From Bacteroidota bacterium (GTDB lineage Bacteria; Bacteroidota; Bacteroidia; 2-12-FULL-35-15), in the NCBI GenBank assembly GCA_025963725.1, contig JAOQAE010000002.1:1356411-1420410 (forward strand): a DNA stretch of 64,000 nucleotides. Direction: 5' to 3'. Position numbers and translations under genes: made by a program. Below are positions 38,453 to 48,005 of the stretch, in pieces (within the stretch, counting starts at the first letter, position 1; the number at the start of each line of letters is the position of its first letter). The notes beneath the pieces were generated by a model. The model was not told the origin of the DNA, made no database searches, and saw only the letters and a program-made list of their open reading frames with translations.

Positions 38453-39481
38453 TTAATAATCAAACGAATTTTCCTTGCTGTTGAGCTGCTTCCAGATCTC
38501 ATCCTTCAGCTCCACAATTCCTTGTCCTGACTGGGCAGAAATATAATGCAGCGGAACCGTTTTCTTTTCCTTAAAGCGCTTGTTGAGGTCTTTCTTCATT
38601 TCAGTGAGCAGCTCCTCATCCAGCATATCGCATTTGGAGATCGCGAGGATCCTTTTTTTATGAAGGAGCTCCGGGTTGAACTGATCCAGCTCATTCAGCA
38701 GGATCTTGTATTCTTTTATAATGTCATCCGAATCGGCGGGAATCAGGAACAGCAATGTGGAATTGCGCTCGATGTGCCTTAAAAAGCGCAGCCCGATCCC
38801 TTTCCCTTCATGCGCTCCCTCAATGATCCCGGGAATATCGGCCATCACGAACGATTTATAATCGCGGTATTTTACAATTCCAAGATTAGGAACGAGTGTA
38901 GTAAACGGATAATTGGCGATCTCCGGCTTTGCTGCCGAGACCACGGATAACAACGTTGATTTACCGGCATTCGGGAAGCCAACCAGTCCTACATCAGCCA
39001 GCACTTTCAACTCAAGGATCTTCCACTCCATTCTTCCATCCTCTCCCGGCTGCGCATAACGCGGCGTTTGATTGGTGGATGATTTGAAATGGTCATTTCC
39101 CAAACCGCCTCTTCCGCCCGGAACAATAATGATCTCTTGTCCTTCTTCCGTTATTTCGGCTTCTATCTCGCCTGTTTCAGCATCCTTAACAATAGTGCCC
39201 AGCGGCACATCCAGGATCTCATCCTTTCCCTCCTTGCCGGTCATGCGCGCGCTTCCGCCGCTGCCGCCATCTTCAGCGATCACATGCTTCCTGTATTTCA
39301 GGTGGATCAGCGTCCAGAACTGCTTGTTCCCGCGGAGAATAATATGTCCGCCCCGGCCGCCATCGCCGCCATCCGGGCCGCCTTTGGAGGTAAGCTTGCT
39401 CCTGTGCAGGTGCACGGAGCCGCCGCCGCCTTTGCCTGAGCGGCAACAGATCTTCACATAATCAACAAAATTTGTATCCAT
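38453..39481 (-). CDS. obgE: GTPase ObgE/CgtA
   Basis: [36 protein letters not shown] and FLRHIER motifs. Confidence 0.97.
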   Translation of the reverse strand: MDTNFVDYVKICCRSGKGGGGSVHLHRSKLTSKGGPDGGDGGRGGHIILRGNKQFWTLIHLKYRKHVIAEDGGSGGSARMTGKEGKDEILDVPLGTIVKDAETGEIEAEITEEGQEIIIVPGGRGGLGNDHFKSSTNQTPRYAQPGEDGRMEWKILELKVLADVGLVGFPNAGKSTLLSVVSAAKPEIANYPFTTLVPNLGIVKYRDYKSFVMADIPGIIEGAHEGKGIGLRFLRHIERNSTLLFLIPADSDDIIKEYKILLNELDQFNPELLHKKRILAISKCDMLDEELLTEMKKDLNKRFKEKKTVPLHYISAQSGQGIVELKDEIWKQLNSKENSFDY

Positions 39482-39489
39482 ACCCTGCT

Positions 39490-39571
39490 ACTAATTACGA
39501 ATCTATACTAATCCTACTAAATACTAATCTATACGAATTTACCAATTACGAATTTGTTCGAATTTACAAAT
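39490..39571. repeat. Degenerate short tandem repeats (TACGAAT/TACTAAT units)
   Basis: Multiple tacgaat/tactaat units between adk and obgE; related inverse units near 29234-29262. Confidence 0.6.
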
Positions 39572-39584
39572 CTGTGCACTATCT

Positions 39585-39615
39585 ATTCCCCTCTTGAGAG
39601 GGGCTAGGGGTGTGT
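39585..39615 (-). repeat. REP-like palindrome CCCCTCTCAAGAGGGG
   Basis: attcccctcttgagaggggctaggggtgtgt directly downstream of adk. Confidence 0.7.
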
Positions 39616-39626
39616 TTTTTTCTGCT

Positions 39627-40907
39627 TTATCTCCTCGCTTTCTTCGCAGCTTTTTTAATTACCTTTTTTGCAGAGGCTTTTTTCGCAGCAACCTTCTTCA
39701 CAACCTTTTTAGGAGCTGTTTTCTTTGAAGCTTTTTTAACAATCTTCTTAGGAGCCACTTTCTTCACTGCCTTTTTTACAGGCTTCCTGTTAGCTACCTT
39801 CTTCACTGTTTTCTTAACCACTTTCTTTGCTACTTTTTTAGCAACAGGCCTTTTTGCCGCCACTTTCTTAGCAACCTTCTTCGCTGCTTTTTTAACTGTC
39901 TTTTTTGCAAGCGGTTTTTTTGCAGCTACTTTTTTAGCCACATTCTTTTTCAGGGCAGTTTTCTTAGCCGCTACTTTCTTAACCGTTGGCTTTTTAGCTA
40001 TTGGCTTTTTAGCTGCAACTTTTTTAGCAGCGATCTTTTTTGCTGCTGCTTTTTTAACGGGCGCCACTTTCTTACCAGCGGGCTTCACTGCTTTTGCAGC
40101 TGTTTTTATTGTCTTTTGAGCGATCGCTTTTTTTGCGGCAGGCTTCACCTGGTTCCTGGCTGCAGGCTTAGTTTCCTTTTTAGCAGCGGGCTTCGAAGCT
40201 ACTTTTACTTTTTTCGGCGCAGCCTTTTTCACAGGAGCATCTTCATTTTTAGAGAACACCTTTCTCACCATGTCAACCACTTTCGCAACAACACCTTGTT
40301 CGGCAGCAGGCTGCGCCTTTGGTGTTTTTTCGCTTTGTGAAAAATTGATCGCATTGCAAAGCCCTTCAAAGATCTCATCGATAGTTCCGATGCCGTGCAC
40401 TGCGCGGTATTTATTCTGCGCCATGTAGTAATCCTTTAAAGGCGCAGTCTTAGAGTTGTATTCATCGATGCGCTTGCGGATCACTTCCTCATCGCGGTCA
40501 TCGGCACGGCCGCTGTTCTCGCCGCGGAGCAGCAAGCGTTTAGTAAGCTCCTCATTGCTTACTTCCAGCGCCAGCATCATGGAAATGCCGGTATTGTTCT
40601 CTTTCAGAAGGCTGTCGAGCGCTTCTGCCTGTGCAACGGTACGCGGAAAGCCGTCAAAAATAAAGCCTTTCGCATCTTTGTTCTGTGCAAGCTTTGAGCG
40701 GATCATGCCGATCACCACTTCATCCGGAACAAGAATCCCTTGGTCCATTAACTTTTTCGCTTCCATTCCAAGCTCTGTACCCTCAGCGATCTCGCCGCGT
40801 AAAAGATCACCTGTAGAAAGATGCACCAATTGGTATGCTGCAATTAATTTTTCGGATTGAGTTCCTTTTCCTGCACCCGGAGGGCCGAATAATACGATGT
40901 TTAACAT
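39627..40907 (-). CDS. adk: Adenylate kinase (short LID) fused to a Lys/Ala-rich histone-H1-like tail
   Basis: [27 protein letters not shown] and GRADD motifs; residues ~190-426 continue in frame as KKVAAKK-type repeats. Confidence 0.92.
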   Translation of the reverse strand: MLNIVLFGPPGAGKGTQSEKLIAAYQLVHLSTGDLLRGEIAEGTELGMEAKKLMDQGILVPDEVVIGMIRSKLAQNKDAKGFIFDGFPRTVAQAEALDSLLKENNTGISMMLALEVSNEELTKRLLLRGENSGRADDRDEEVIRKRIDEYNSKTAPLKDYYMAQNKYRAVHGIGTIDEIFEGLCNAINFSQSEKTPKAQPAAEQGVVAKVVDMVRKVFSKNEDAPVKKAAPKKVKVASKPAAKKETKPAARNQVKPAAKKAIAQKTIKTAAKAVKPAGKKVAPVKKAAAKKIAAKKVAAKKPIAKKPTVKKVAAKKTALKKNVAKKVAAKKPLAKKTVKKAAKKVAKKVAAKRPVAKKVAKKVVKKTVKKVANRKPVKKAVKKVAPKKIVKKASKKTAPKKVVKKVAAKKASAKKVIKKAAKKARR

Positions 40908-40937
40908 AGGATTGAGTTATTGGTTTGGGGTTAAGTT

Positions 40938-41474
40938 TTAATTATCTAAGACATAAATATCAGGCAGGTTCCTTCCTAATCCGTCGTAATCCAGCCCATA
41001 CCCTACAAGGAAATCATTTGGTACCACAATGGCCACATAATCGAGCTCGATGCGCTTGCGGTATGCTTCAGGCTTGTACAATAATGTAGCGATCTTTATT
41101 TCCGCAGGCTCCATCGCTTCCAGCTGCTTCACCACCGCTTCAATGGTAAGCCCGGTATCCACAATGTCCTCAACGATCACCACCGTGCGGCCTTTAATAT
41201 TTTCATTCAGCCCGATCAGCTGCTTTACCGATCCGCTGGTTTCGGTGCCGTGATAGGATGATACTTTAACGAAGGAGATCTCACAATCGATGGTGAGCTT
41301 TTTCATGAGGTCGGAAGCGAACATGAACGAGCCGTTGAGCACAGCAAGGAACAAAGGCTTTTTATCTTTCAGCTCGGTGTTGATCCTGTGGGCCACTTCA
41401 CCAACAGCCTTGTTTATATCCCCGGCAGGGATATTCACCCTGAATGTTTTATCTTTTAATGTTACTTTGCCCAT
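40938..41474 (-). CDS. hpt: Hypoxanthine phosphoribosyltransferase
   Basis: VLNGSFMF, VIVEDIVDTGLT and FLVGYGLDY..GRNL motifs; start reassigned to ATG 41474. Confidence 0.95.
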   Translation of the reverse strand: MGKVTLKDKTFRVNIPAGDINKAVGEVAHRINTELKDKKPLFLAVLNGSFMFASDLMKKLTIDCEISFVKVSSYHGTETSGSVKQLIGLNENIKGRTVVIVEDIVDTGLTIEAVVKQLEAMEPAEIKIATLLYKPEAYRKRIELDYVAIVVPNDFLVGYGLDYDGLGRNLPDIYVLDN

Positions 41475-41597
41475 ACACCGTATTTGAACTGCGAATTTAC
41501 GTAAAATATACCGACAAAAAACGGGTGGTTTTATTTTATTGTTAAGTTCAAAAAAGGTATTTTTACGGCCTAACCATAGCAAACCAAGCGTATAATT

Positions 41598-42110
41598 ATG
41601 ACACCAAAAGTAAGCATTATTATGGGCAGCACTTCTGACATGCCCATCATGCAGGAAGCTGCAAAAATCCTTAATGAATTCAAGATCCCCTTTGAGATCA
41701 ATGCACTGAGCGCACACAGGGTGCCTGAACAGGTAGCCGAGTTTGCCAAGAACGCACATTCAAAAGGGATCCGTGTGATCATTGCCGGCGCCGGCGGAGC
41801 TGCCCACCTTCCGGGCGTTGTGGCTGCGTTTACCCCGCTGCCTGTGATCGGCGTTCCCTGCCGCTCTTCCATCTCTATCGATGGCTGGGATTCGGTGCTT
41901 TCCATCCTGCAGATGCCTCCGGGAATTCCTGTTGCTACAGTAGCGCTGGATGGCGGACAGAATGCCGGGATCCTTGCCGTACAGGTGCTTGCAGCAGGCG
42001 ATGATGCATTGCTGCAAAAAGTGGTCGAGTTCAAGGAAAACCTGAAGAACAAGATCCTGAAGGCAAATAAAGAGCTGTCGGAGATCAAGTTTGATTACAA
42101 GACGAATTAA
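41598..42110 (+). CDS. purE: N5-CAIR mutase
   Basis: IMGSTSD, SAHR.P, AGAGGAAHLPG and QMPPGIPVATV motifs. Confidence 0.97.
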   Translation: MTPKVSIIMGSTSDMPIMQEAAKILNEFKIPFEINALSAHRVPEQVAEFAKNAHSKGIRVIIAGAGGAAHLPGVVAAFTPLPVIGVPCRSSISIDGWDSVLSILQMPPGIPVATVALDGGQNAGILAVQVLAAGDDALLQKVVEFKENLKNKILKANKELSEIKFDYKTN

Positions 42111-42143
42111 ACCTCACCCAGCCCTCTCCAAAGGAGAGGGAGT
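42111..42143 (+). repeat. REP-like palindrome CCCTCTCCAAAGGAGAGGG
   Basis: Hairpin immediately after the purE stop codon. Confidence 0.6.
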
Positions 42144-42181
42144 TGGCATCCTGTTAATTAAAAAATGACCACGTAGAGGAA

Positions 42182-43513
42182 ATGGCACTGGAAAATGTAA
42201 GAAAGGCGGAGCTTCTGAAAGAGGAGCTGGACGGCCTGCGGCCCTTAAACGGCGAGCAGGAAGCCCGGATCATGCAGAAGTTCCGCCTCGACTGGAACTA
42301 CCACTCCAACCACCTGGAGGGGAACAGCCTTACATTCGGTGAGACAAAAGCGCTTATCCTGCACGGTATTACCGCGCAGGGTAAGCCTTTAAAAGACCAT
42401 TTCGAGATCACCGGCCATGATGAAGCCATCAAATGGATCGATGAGGTTATTAAGGATGAACGGCCGCTTACTGAGAATTTCATCCGGGAATTGCATACGC
42501 TCTTACTAAAGGAATCTTCCGAAAAAAAAGCCATCACTCCCGATGGAAAAGCCACTACAAGAGTTATTGCGGTTGGGAAATACAAAACAAGCCCCAACCA
42601 TGTGCTGACCAGCACGGGCGAAACATTTTATTTCGCCACACCGGAGGAAACACCGGCAAAAATGCATGATCTGCTGGAATGGTACCACAGGCAGAAAGAG
42701 AATAAAAATGTTAATCCGATCCTGTTAGCTGCAGAGTTCCATTATGAATTTATCCGCATCCATCCCTTTGATGATGGAAACGGAAGAACCGCCAGGATAT
42801 TAATGAATTTCATACTGATGCAGTTCCATTATCCTCCTGTGATCATTAAAACAGAGGATAAGGAAAATTACTTTATCGCCTTGCGGCAGGCCGATGCCGG
42901 AATGATAGAGCCTTTTATTGACTATATCGCAAACAACTTGATTCGATCATTGGAAATTATGATCAAAGGTGCAAAGGGTGGAAATATTGATGAGGAGGAT
43001 GATATTGATAAAGAGCTTCTTTTATTAGATCAGAAAATAAACTACATAAGTAAAAAAGCGCAACCATTAAAAAATCAGGATTCTATTAAACAAATCTATG
43101 AGAATTCGATTCTTCCATTAGCTAAACAATTGTCAGCTTCCGGTAAAAGGTTTGAACGATTTTACTCAAATTACATTTCGGCTCTTCAAATTAATGACGA
43201 CACGAGTGTTTACGACATAAACTCCGCGTTTAAATCAATTATCAAAAGCAACACAGATCAAATATATTTGATCCATAATTATAAGCAGTTTAATTGTCCG
43301 GGCATTGAAAAATTTGACTTTGATATAGTCATCACATTTGAATTCGCACCCAAAAAATTTACTGTTAAGACCACTTCCCAAAAGCTGGTTTATTCGAAAT
43401 ACTATAATGAATTTTTAAGTCTAAATGAAATCAAAGAAATTGCAGATTACTATACAAAACTCCATTTATCTGTACTTAAAATCGTAGTCGATAGCGCAGA
43501 AACAGAAGAATAA
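42182..43513 (+). CDS. Fic-domain protein (class II, N-terminal inhibitory motif)
   Basis: Catalytic HPFDDGNGRTAR; inhibitory SNHLEGN. Confidence 0.92.
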   Translation: MALENVRKAELLKEELDGLRPLNGEQEARIMQKFRLDWNYHSNHLEGNSLTFGETKALILHGITAQGKPLKDHFEITGHDEAIKWIDEVIKDERPLTENFIRELHTLLLKESSEKKAITPDGKATTRVIAVGKYKTSPNHVLTSTGETFYFATPEETPAKMHDLLEWYHRQKENKNVNPILLAAEFHYEFIRIHPFDDGNGRTARILMNFILMQFHYPPVIIKTEDKENYFIALRQADAGMIEPFIDYIANNLIRSLEIMIKGAKGGNIDEEDDIDKELLLLDQKINYISKKAQPLKNQDSIKQIYENSILPLAKQLSASGKRFERFYSNYISALQINDDTSVYDINSAFKSIIKSNTDQIYLIHNYKQFNCPGIEKFDFDIVITFEFAPKKFTVKTTSQKLVYSKYYNEFLSLNEIKEIADYYTKLHLSVLKIVVDSAETEE

Positions 43514-43560
43514 TTATTTATTAAGCAATATTTATTGCATCATTGTTTAAGCACCAGCAA

Positions 43561-44415
43561 ATGAAAAAATTATACGCGTCTCTTTTTGCTTCCATGCTGC
43601 TCCTTACTGCATTTGCCGGTAACGAAGATTACCCCATCGGCGCCCGCTCAGCTGCATTGGGAAATGCTTCCGTATCGCTGAGCGATCTGTGGAGCGCGCA
43701 TCATAACCAGGCGGGGCTCGGCTTTGTGCGTGACATTTCCGCAGGCGTATCCTATGAGAACCGCTTTTTATTAAAAGAGATCAGCGTGAGAGGCGGCGCC
43801 GTTGCATTGCCGATCAAGGCAGGCACCTTCGGGCTCTGCATCACCAATTTCGGATATTCACAATACAGCGAGAACAAATACAGCCTTTCCTTCGCAAAAG
43901 CTTTCAGCAATAAGTTCTCCGCAGGCATCGCGATGGATTACCTGAACACGAAGATCGCGGAAGGCTACGGCAGCAGAGGCGCGCTGGCAGCGGAAGCAGG
44001 CATCATTGCAAAGCCCATTAAAGGTTTAACGATCGGTGCACATGTGTTCAACCCTACGCGCGCAAAAATTTCCGCTTACGACGATGAACGCTTGCCTACC
44101 ATCATCCGCCTCGGCGGCGATTATTTATTTTCTGATAAGGTGCGGCTCGCAGTTGAAGCACAAAAAGATATTAAATACAAAGCCGAGTTCAAGGCGGGGC
44201 TTGAATACCTTCCCGTGAAAGAGCTGTACCTGCGCATCGGTATTTCCACGAACCCAACATTAAGCACATTCGGCTTCGGCCTCAACCTCAATAATTTCAA
44301 GATCGACCTTTCCGCAAGCTATCATCAAACGCTGGGGATCAGTCCGCAGCTCGGACTGAGCTATTCTTTCAAAAAAGCAAAAAAAGAGCTCCACGAATCC
44401 GAAGACGTTTTTTGA
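43561..44415 (+). CDS. PorV/PorQ-like outer-membrane beta-barrel
   Basis: Signal peptide; GARSAALG...NQAGL N-terminal motif; alternating beta-strands. Confidence 0.7.
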   Translation: MKKLYASLFASMLLLTAFAGNEDYPIGARSAALGNASVSLSDLWSAHHNQAGLGFVRDISAGVSYENRFLLKEISVRGGAVALPIKAGTFGLCITNFGYSQYSENKYSLSFAKAFSNKFSAGIAMDYLNTKIAEGYGSRGALAAEAGIIAKPIKGLTIGAHVFNPTRAKISAYDDERLPTIIRLGGDYLFSDKVRLAVEAQKDIKYKAEFKAGLEYLPVKELYLRIGISTNPTLSTFGFGLNLNNFKIDLSASYHQTLGISPQLGLSYSFKKAKKELHESEDVF

Positions 44416-46565
44416 GAACATTTTTTTCATACCTCTCTTTCTGCGCAGCCCTTCTCCTGCTGCTGACGGGCTCCCCCCTGCGGGCCCAGGATACGATCGC
44501 GCCCAAAACCGATGAAAGCGATATCCAGCAGCAGCTGGAAACCATTACAGAGAACAGCCAGAACGAAGATGCCGATTATACCACCCTGCTCGATGCGCTG
44601 AACCAATATAAAGAACACCCGATCAATCTTAATAATACCAGCAGGGAAGAATTACGTCAGCTGCAGCTGCTGACCGACATCCAGATCAACAACCTGTTCA
44701 ACCATATTAAAAAGAACGGAAAGCTGATCACCATCTATGAGCTTCAGGGGATCAGCGGCTTCGACCTGCAGACGATCCAGAAGATCCTGCCGTATGTACG
44801 CGTTTCCGACAAATTCAATTCCTCGCATTTTGGGATGAAGGAGATGTTCAAGAATGGCTCTCATGCAGTGCTGCTACGCTACGGAAGGAACATTGAAGAC
44901 CAGGCAGGATTTTCCGAGATCGATAGCGCAAAACTATACAGTAGCCAGAACTCGCGGTATATCGGCAGTCCCGATAAGCTGTATGCACGCTACCGCTTTA
45001 CCTATAGCAATAAGGTGAGCTGGGGCGTAACCGCGGAAAAGGACCAGGGTGAATTATTCTTCAAGAACAAACAGCGCTTTAATTACGACTGGTACGAACA
45101 GGGCTTAAAAGGAAAGCAGAAAAGCGGATTTGATTTTTATTCCGCGCACTTTTACCTGCACAACACCCGCTTCATTAAATCGCTGGCGCTGGGCGATTAC
45201 CAGGCTACGTTCGGACAAGGGCTCACCATGTGGAGCGGCTATTCCTTCGGCAAAAGCTCGGACATCATGGGCACAAAAAAATCGGCCATGGGAATTAAGC
45301 CATACGCCTCGGTGGATGAAAATAAATTTTTGCGGGGCGCTGCTACCACCATCGGGTTCAAAAAAATGGAGGCTACCGCTTTTTATTCGCAGAAGCACAT
45401 CGATGCAAATATCACGGATACATTGCCGGATGGCGAAGCGGCTGCGATCTCCTCCCTGCAGGAAACGGGCTACCATACCACACTGAGCGAGATCGCCGAC
45501 AAGCATGCGATCCTGCAGACGATCTACGGCGGAAATGTAGCGTACAAGGGAAGCCAGTTCAGTGTCGGCATCACGGGGATGCATTATGAGCTGAATGCCG
45601 ACCTGAGGCGAAGTCTCGACATTTACAGCCAGTTTGAATATACCTCAAGGCAAAATACCAACATCGGCATTGATTATAATTTCATTCTCCGCAATTTTAA
45701 TTTCTTCGGCGAGGAGGCCATGAGCGCAAACGGCGGAAGGGCGTTCCTGAACGGCGTTCTCGTGAGCCTCGATCCGCGCCTGTCGCTCACGGTATTGCAC
45801 CGCTACTACCAGCGCAACTTCCAGAACCTCCTCAGCAATGGCTTTGCAGAGAACACCGCTGCGGCTAATGAAAAAGGATTGTACGCCGGCATTGTTGCAA
45901 AGCCAAGCCCGAAGTTCACGCTTACCGCGTATTACGACCGCTTTGAATTCCCATGGCTGAAATACCAGGTAAATGCGCCTTCACAGGGAACCGATTACAT
46001 GGCGCAGCTGAATTATACGCCTTCGAAAAGGTTTGATGCGTATGTGAAGATTCGCAGCCGCAGCAAGTACAAGAACACCAGCGCAACGATCGACGATATT
46101 GATTTTATTGTTCCCTATGCGCAAACGAATTACCGGATCAATACTTCCTTCACGGTCCTTCCTTCTGTGAAGCTGAAGAACAGGATCGAGATGGTAGACT
46201 ACCAGGTGGATAATGGCAAAACACAAAAGGGCTTCCTCATTTACCAGGACATCACCTACAGTAAGCTCGGAAGTAAATTCTCTGCGAGCATGCGCTATGC
46301 GCTGTTCCAGACCGATTCTTACGATGCCCGCCTGTATGCTTATGAAAATGACATGCCGGGCGCCTACTCTATTCCTGCTTACTATGACCGCGGCTCGCGC
46401 TTTTACCTGCTGCTCGATTACAATGTGACAAGAAGGATCGAAGTGTGGCTGCGTTACGCGCAAACTGTTTACGATAATAAAAAGGTGATCTCCGAAGGAT
46501 CGCTCACGGAGATCAAAGGCAATACAAAGTCGGAGATCAAGGCCCAGGTGCGTTTTAAATTCTGA
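44412..46565 (+). CDS. Helix-hairpin-helix (ComEA-like) domain protein with C-terminal beta-barrel
   Basis: PINLNNTSREEL..L..L, IYELQGISGF; terminal QVRFKF; TTG start overlapping the upstream stop. Confidence 0.8.
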   Translation: MRTFFSYLSFCAALLLLLTGSPLRAQDTIAPKTDESDIQQQLETITENSQNEDADYTTLLDALNQYKEHPINLNNTSREELRQLQLLTDIQINNLFNHIKKNGKLITIYELQGISGFDLQTIQKILPYVRVSDKFNSSHFGMKEMFKNGSHAVLLRYGRNIEDQAGFSEIDSAKLYSSQNSRYIGSPDKLYARYRFTYSNKVSWGVTAEKDQGELFFKNKQRFNYDWYEQGLKGKQKSGFDFYSAHFYLHNTRFIKSLALGDYQATFGQGLTMWSGYSFGKSSDIMGTKKSAMGIKPYASVDENKFLRGAATTIGFKKMEATAFYSQKHIDANITDTLPDGEAAAISSLQETGYHTTLSEIADKHAILQTIYGGNVAYKGSQFSVGITGMHYELNADLRRSLDIYSQFEYTSRQNTNIGIDYNFILRNFNFFGEEAMSANGGRAFLNGVLVSLDPRLSLTVLHRYYQRNFQNLLSNGFAENTAAANEKGLYAGIVAKPSPKFTLTAYYDRFEFPWLKYQVNAPSQGTDYMAQLNYTPSKRFDAYVKIRSRSKYKNTSATIDDIDFIVPYAQTNYRINTSFTVLPSVKLKNRIEMVDYQVDNGKTQKGFLIYQDITYSKLGSKFSASMRYALFQTDSYDARLYAYENDMPGAYSIPAYYDRGSRFYLLLDYNVTRRIEVWLRYAQTVYDNKKVISEGSLTEIKGNTKSEIKAQVRFKF

Positions 46566-46579
46566 TAATTATTTTAACT

Positions 46580-47959
46580 ATGAGTCCGAAGCTCAAAAAA
46601 ATTCGTCTTGCGTTAAAATGGACCGGCTTTTACATCCCGTTCACATTTTACTGTGCGCTGTTCTGCATCGCCTGCGGCATCGGCTATGCATGGCTGCACA
46701 GCAAGGCCGGCATCCCGGATTCGGCGTACAAAGACATCTTCACGCTCCTGCTTCGCTTCTCTGCCGGCTTTTGCCTCATCTTTCTTTCCACGGGATTTAT
46801 CACGGTGGCACTTCCCTTCGTTTATTTCCTGATCAGGCGGAAAAGCAACGAGGTGGATTTCAGCATCTCCACTCCTTCCCGCACCGATAATGAACAGGCG
46901 CGGCAGGCGATCGACATTCACCTGCATCCTGTTTTAAAGCCGCTGCTCGGATTTGTGAAGATCCGCCTGAAATATGGCGATGCACAATTTTCCGATAAGT
47001 TTTCGCTGGTGAAGCGCTCCGATAAAAAATTATTTTCCACCAGCCTCGACGGCACCTATTACTGGGAGCTTCCCGAGATCAAAGAATACCGCATCGACAA
47101 AGCGATCATTTATTTCGAAGATTTTTTCCAGTTCTTCTCCTTTGCAATGCCGCTGGAAACAAGCAGCGGATTTCATACTTACCCGCTGTCGCGGCCTTCG
47201 AAAGCCCTCAATGCCTTTCCGCGGAAAACGGAGGAAACCAGCATGCGCATCGAGGAAATAAAGCGCGTGGAAGGCGAGCTGATCAATTACAAGAACTTTG
47301 AAAGCAATGATGACGTGCGCAGGATCGTCTGGAAAATATATGCAAAGAACAAGGAGCTGGTGGTGCGCATTCCCGAGGTCATGGATCCCTACGCATCGCA
47401 CATGTACCTCTATCCATCCTTCTTTTCTTCCTTTGATGTGAAAGACAATGAAGTGATCGGCATACCTTTTCTCAACTATTATAAAACGGTGTGCTGGTCG
47501 GTTTACCGGCAGCTTGTTTCCAAAGGATTTGATGTGCGTTACGTTGCCGACCAGGACATCCCGCAAAATAAGCTTGAGAATGATGCCGAGCAGGTGCGCT
47601 ATGCGATCAGCGTAAGCAAATGGCATTCGGAAAAAGAGCTGCGCGATTTTGTAAAGCTGAAGGATGCATCAGTGGTGATCATCTCTTCGCTGAGCGATCC
47701 CGAGCAGGTGAAACAATTGCTGGAAGCGAGCGGGAATGAAATTTCATTTGTGTTTATTCCGCTTACGGAAGGGCTCAATAAGCAGCACCTTGGCGACTGG
47801 CTGCAATGGCTGTTCCTGCAGCGTGAAAAAGATTCGATGGCGGTGCATAAAACAAACTGGAGCCTTTCGCTGCTGCGCTTAAAGCTGTCGAAAAATGAAA
47901 AGGCATTGAAGCAATTGCTGGATGCCTATGAGCGTTCATCGGTATTGGAAAAGAAATGA
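46580..47959 (+). CDS. DUF58-like (vWA-related) membrane protein
   Basis: Two TM helices; EDFFQFF; KNFESNDDVRRIVWK..A; adjacent to MoxR and transglutaminase genes. Confidence 0.75.
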   Translation: MSPKLKKIRLALKWTGFYIPFTFYCALFCIACGIGYAWLHSKAGIPDSAYKDIFTLLLRFSAGFCLIFLSTGFITVALPFVYFLIRRKSNEVDFSISTPSRTDNEQARQAIDIHLHPVLKPLLGFVKIRLKYGDAQFSDKFSLVKRSDKKLFSTSLDGTYYWELPEIKEYRIDKAIIYFEDFFQFFSFAMPLETSSGFHTYPLSRPSKALNAFPRKTEETSMRIEEIKRVEGELINYKNFESNDDVRRIVWKIYAKNKELVVRIPEVMDPYASHMYLYPSFFSSFDVKDNEVIGIPFLNYYKTVCWSVYRQLVSKGFDVRYVADQDIPQNKLENDAEQVRYAISVSKWHSEKELRDFVKLKDASVVIISSLSDPEQVKQLLEASGNEISFVFIPLTEGLNKQHLGDWLQWLFLQREKDSMAVHKTNWSLSLLRLKLSKNEKALKQLLDAYERSSVLEKK

Positions 47960-48005
47960 TTCAGTGGTTCACCACAGATTACACGGATAGCACAGATAAA
48001 GCAAC

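Noticed and set aside
39490-39571. Possible CRISPR array
   Set aside because: The units are 7-10 bp, degenerate and lack spacers; no cas genes are present.
39610-40119. Hydrophobic 169-aa F/A/T-rich ORF resembling a membrane protein
   Set aside because: It is the antisense read-out of the Lys/Ala-rich Adk tail.
47973-47997. CAC(A/G)GAT x3 with a 9-bp period
   Set aside because: Too short to assign; it resembles generic low-complexity intergenic repeats.
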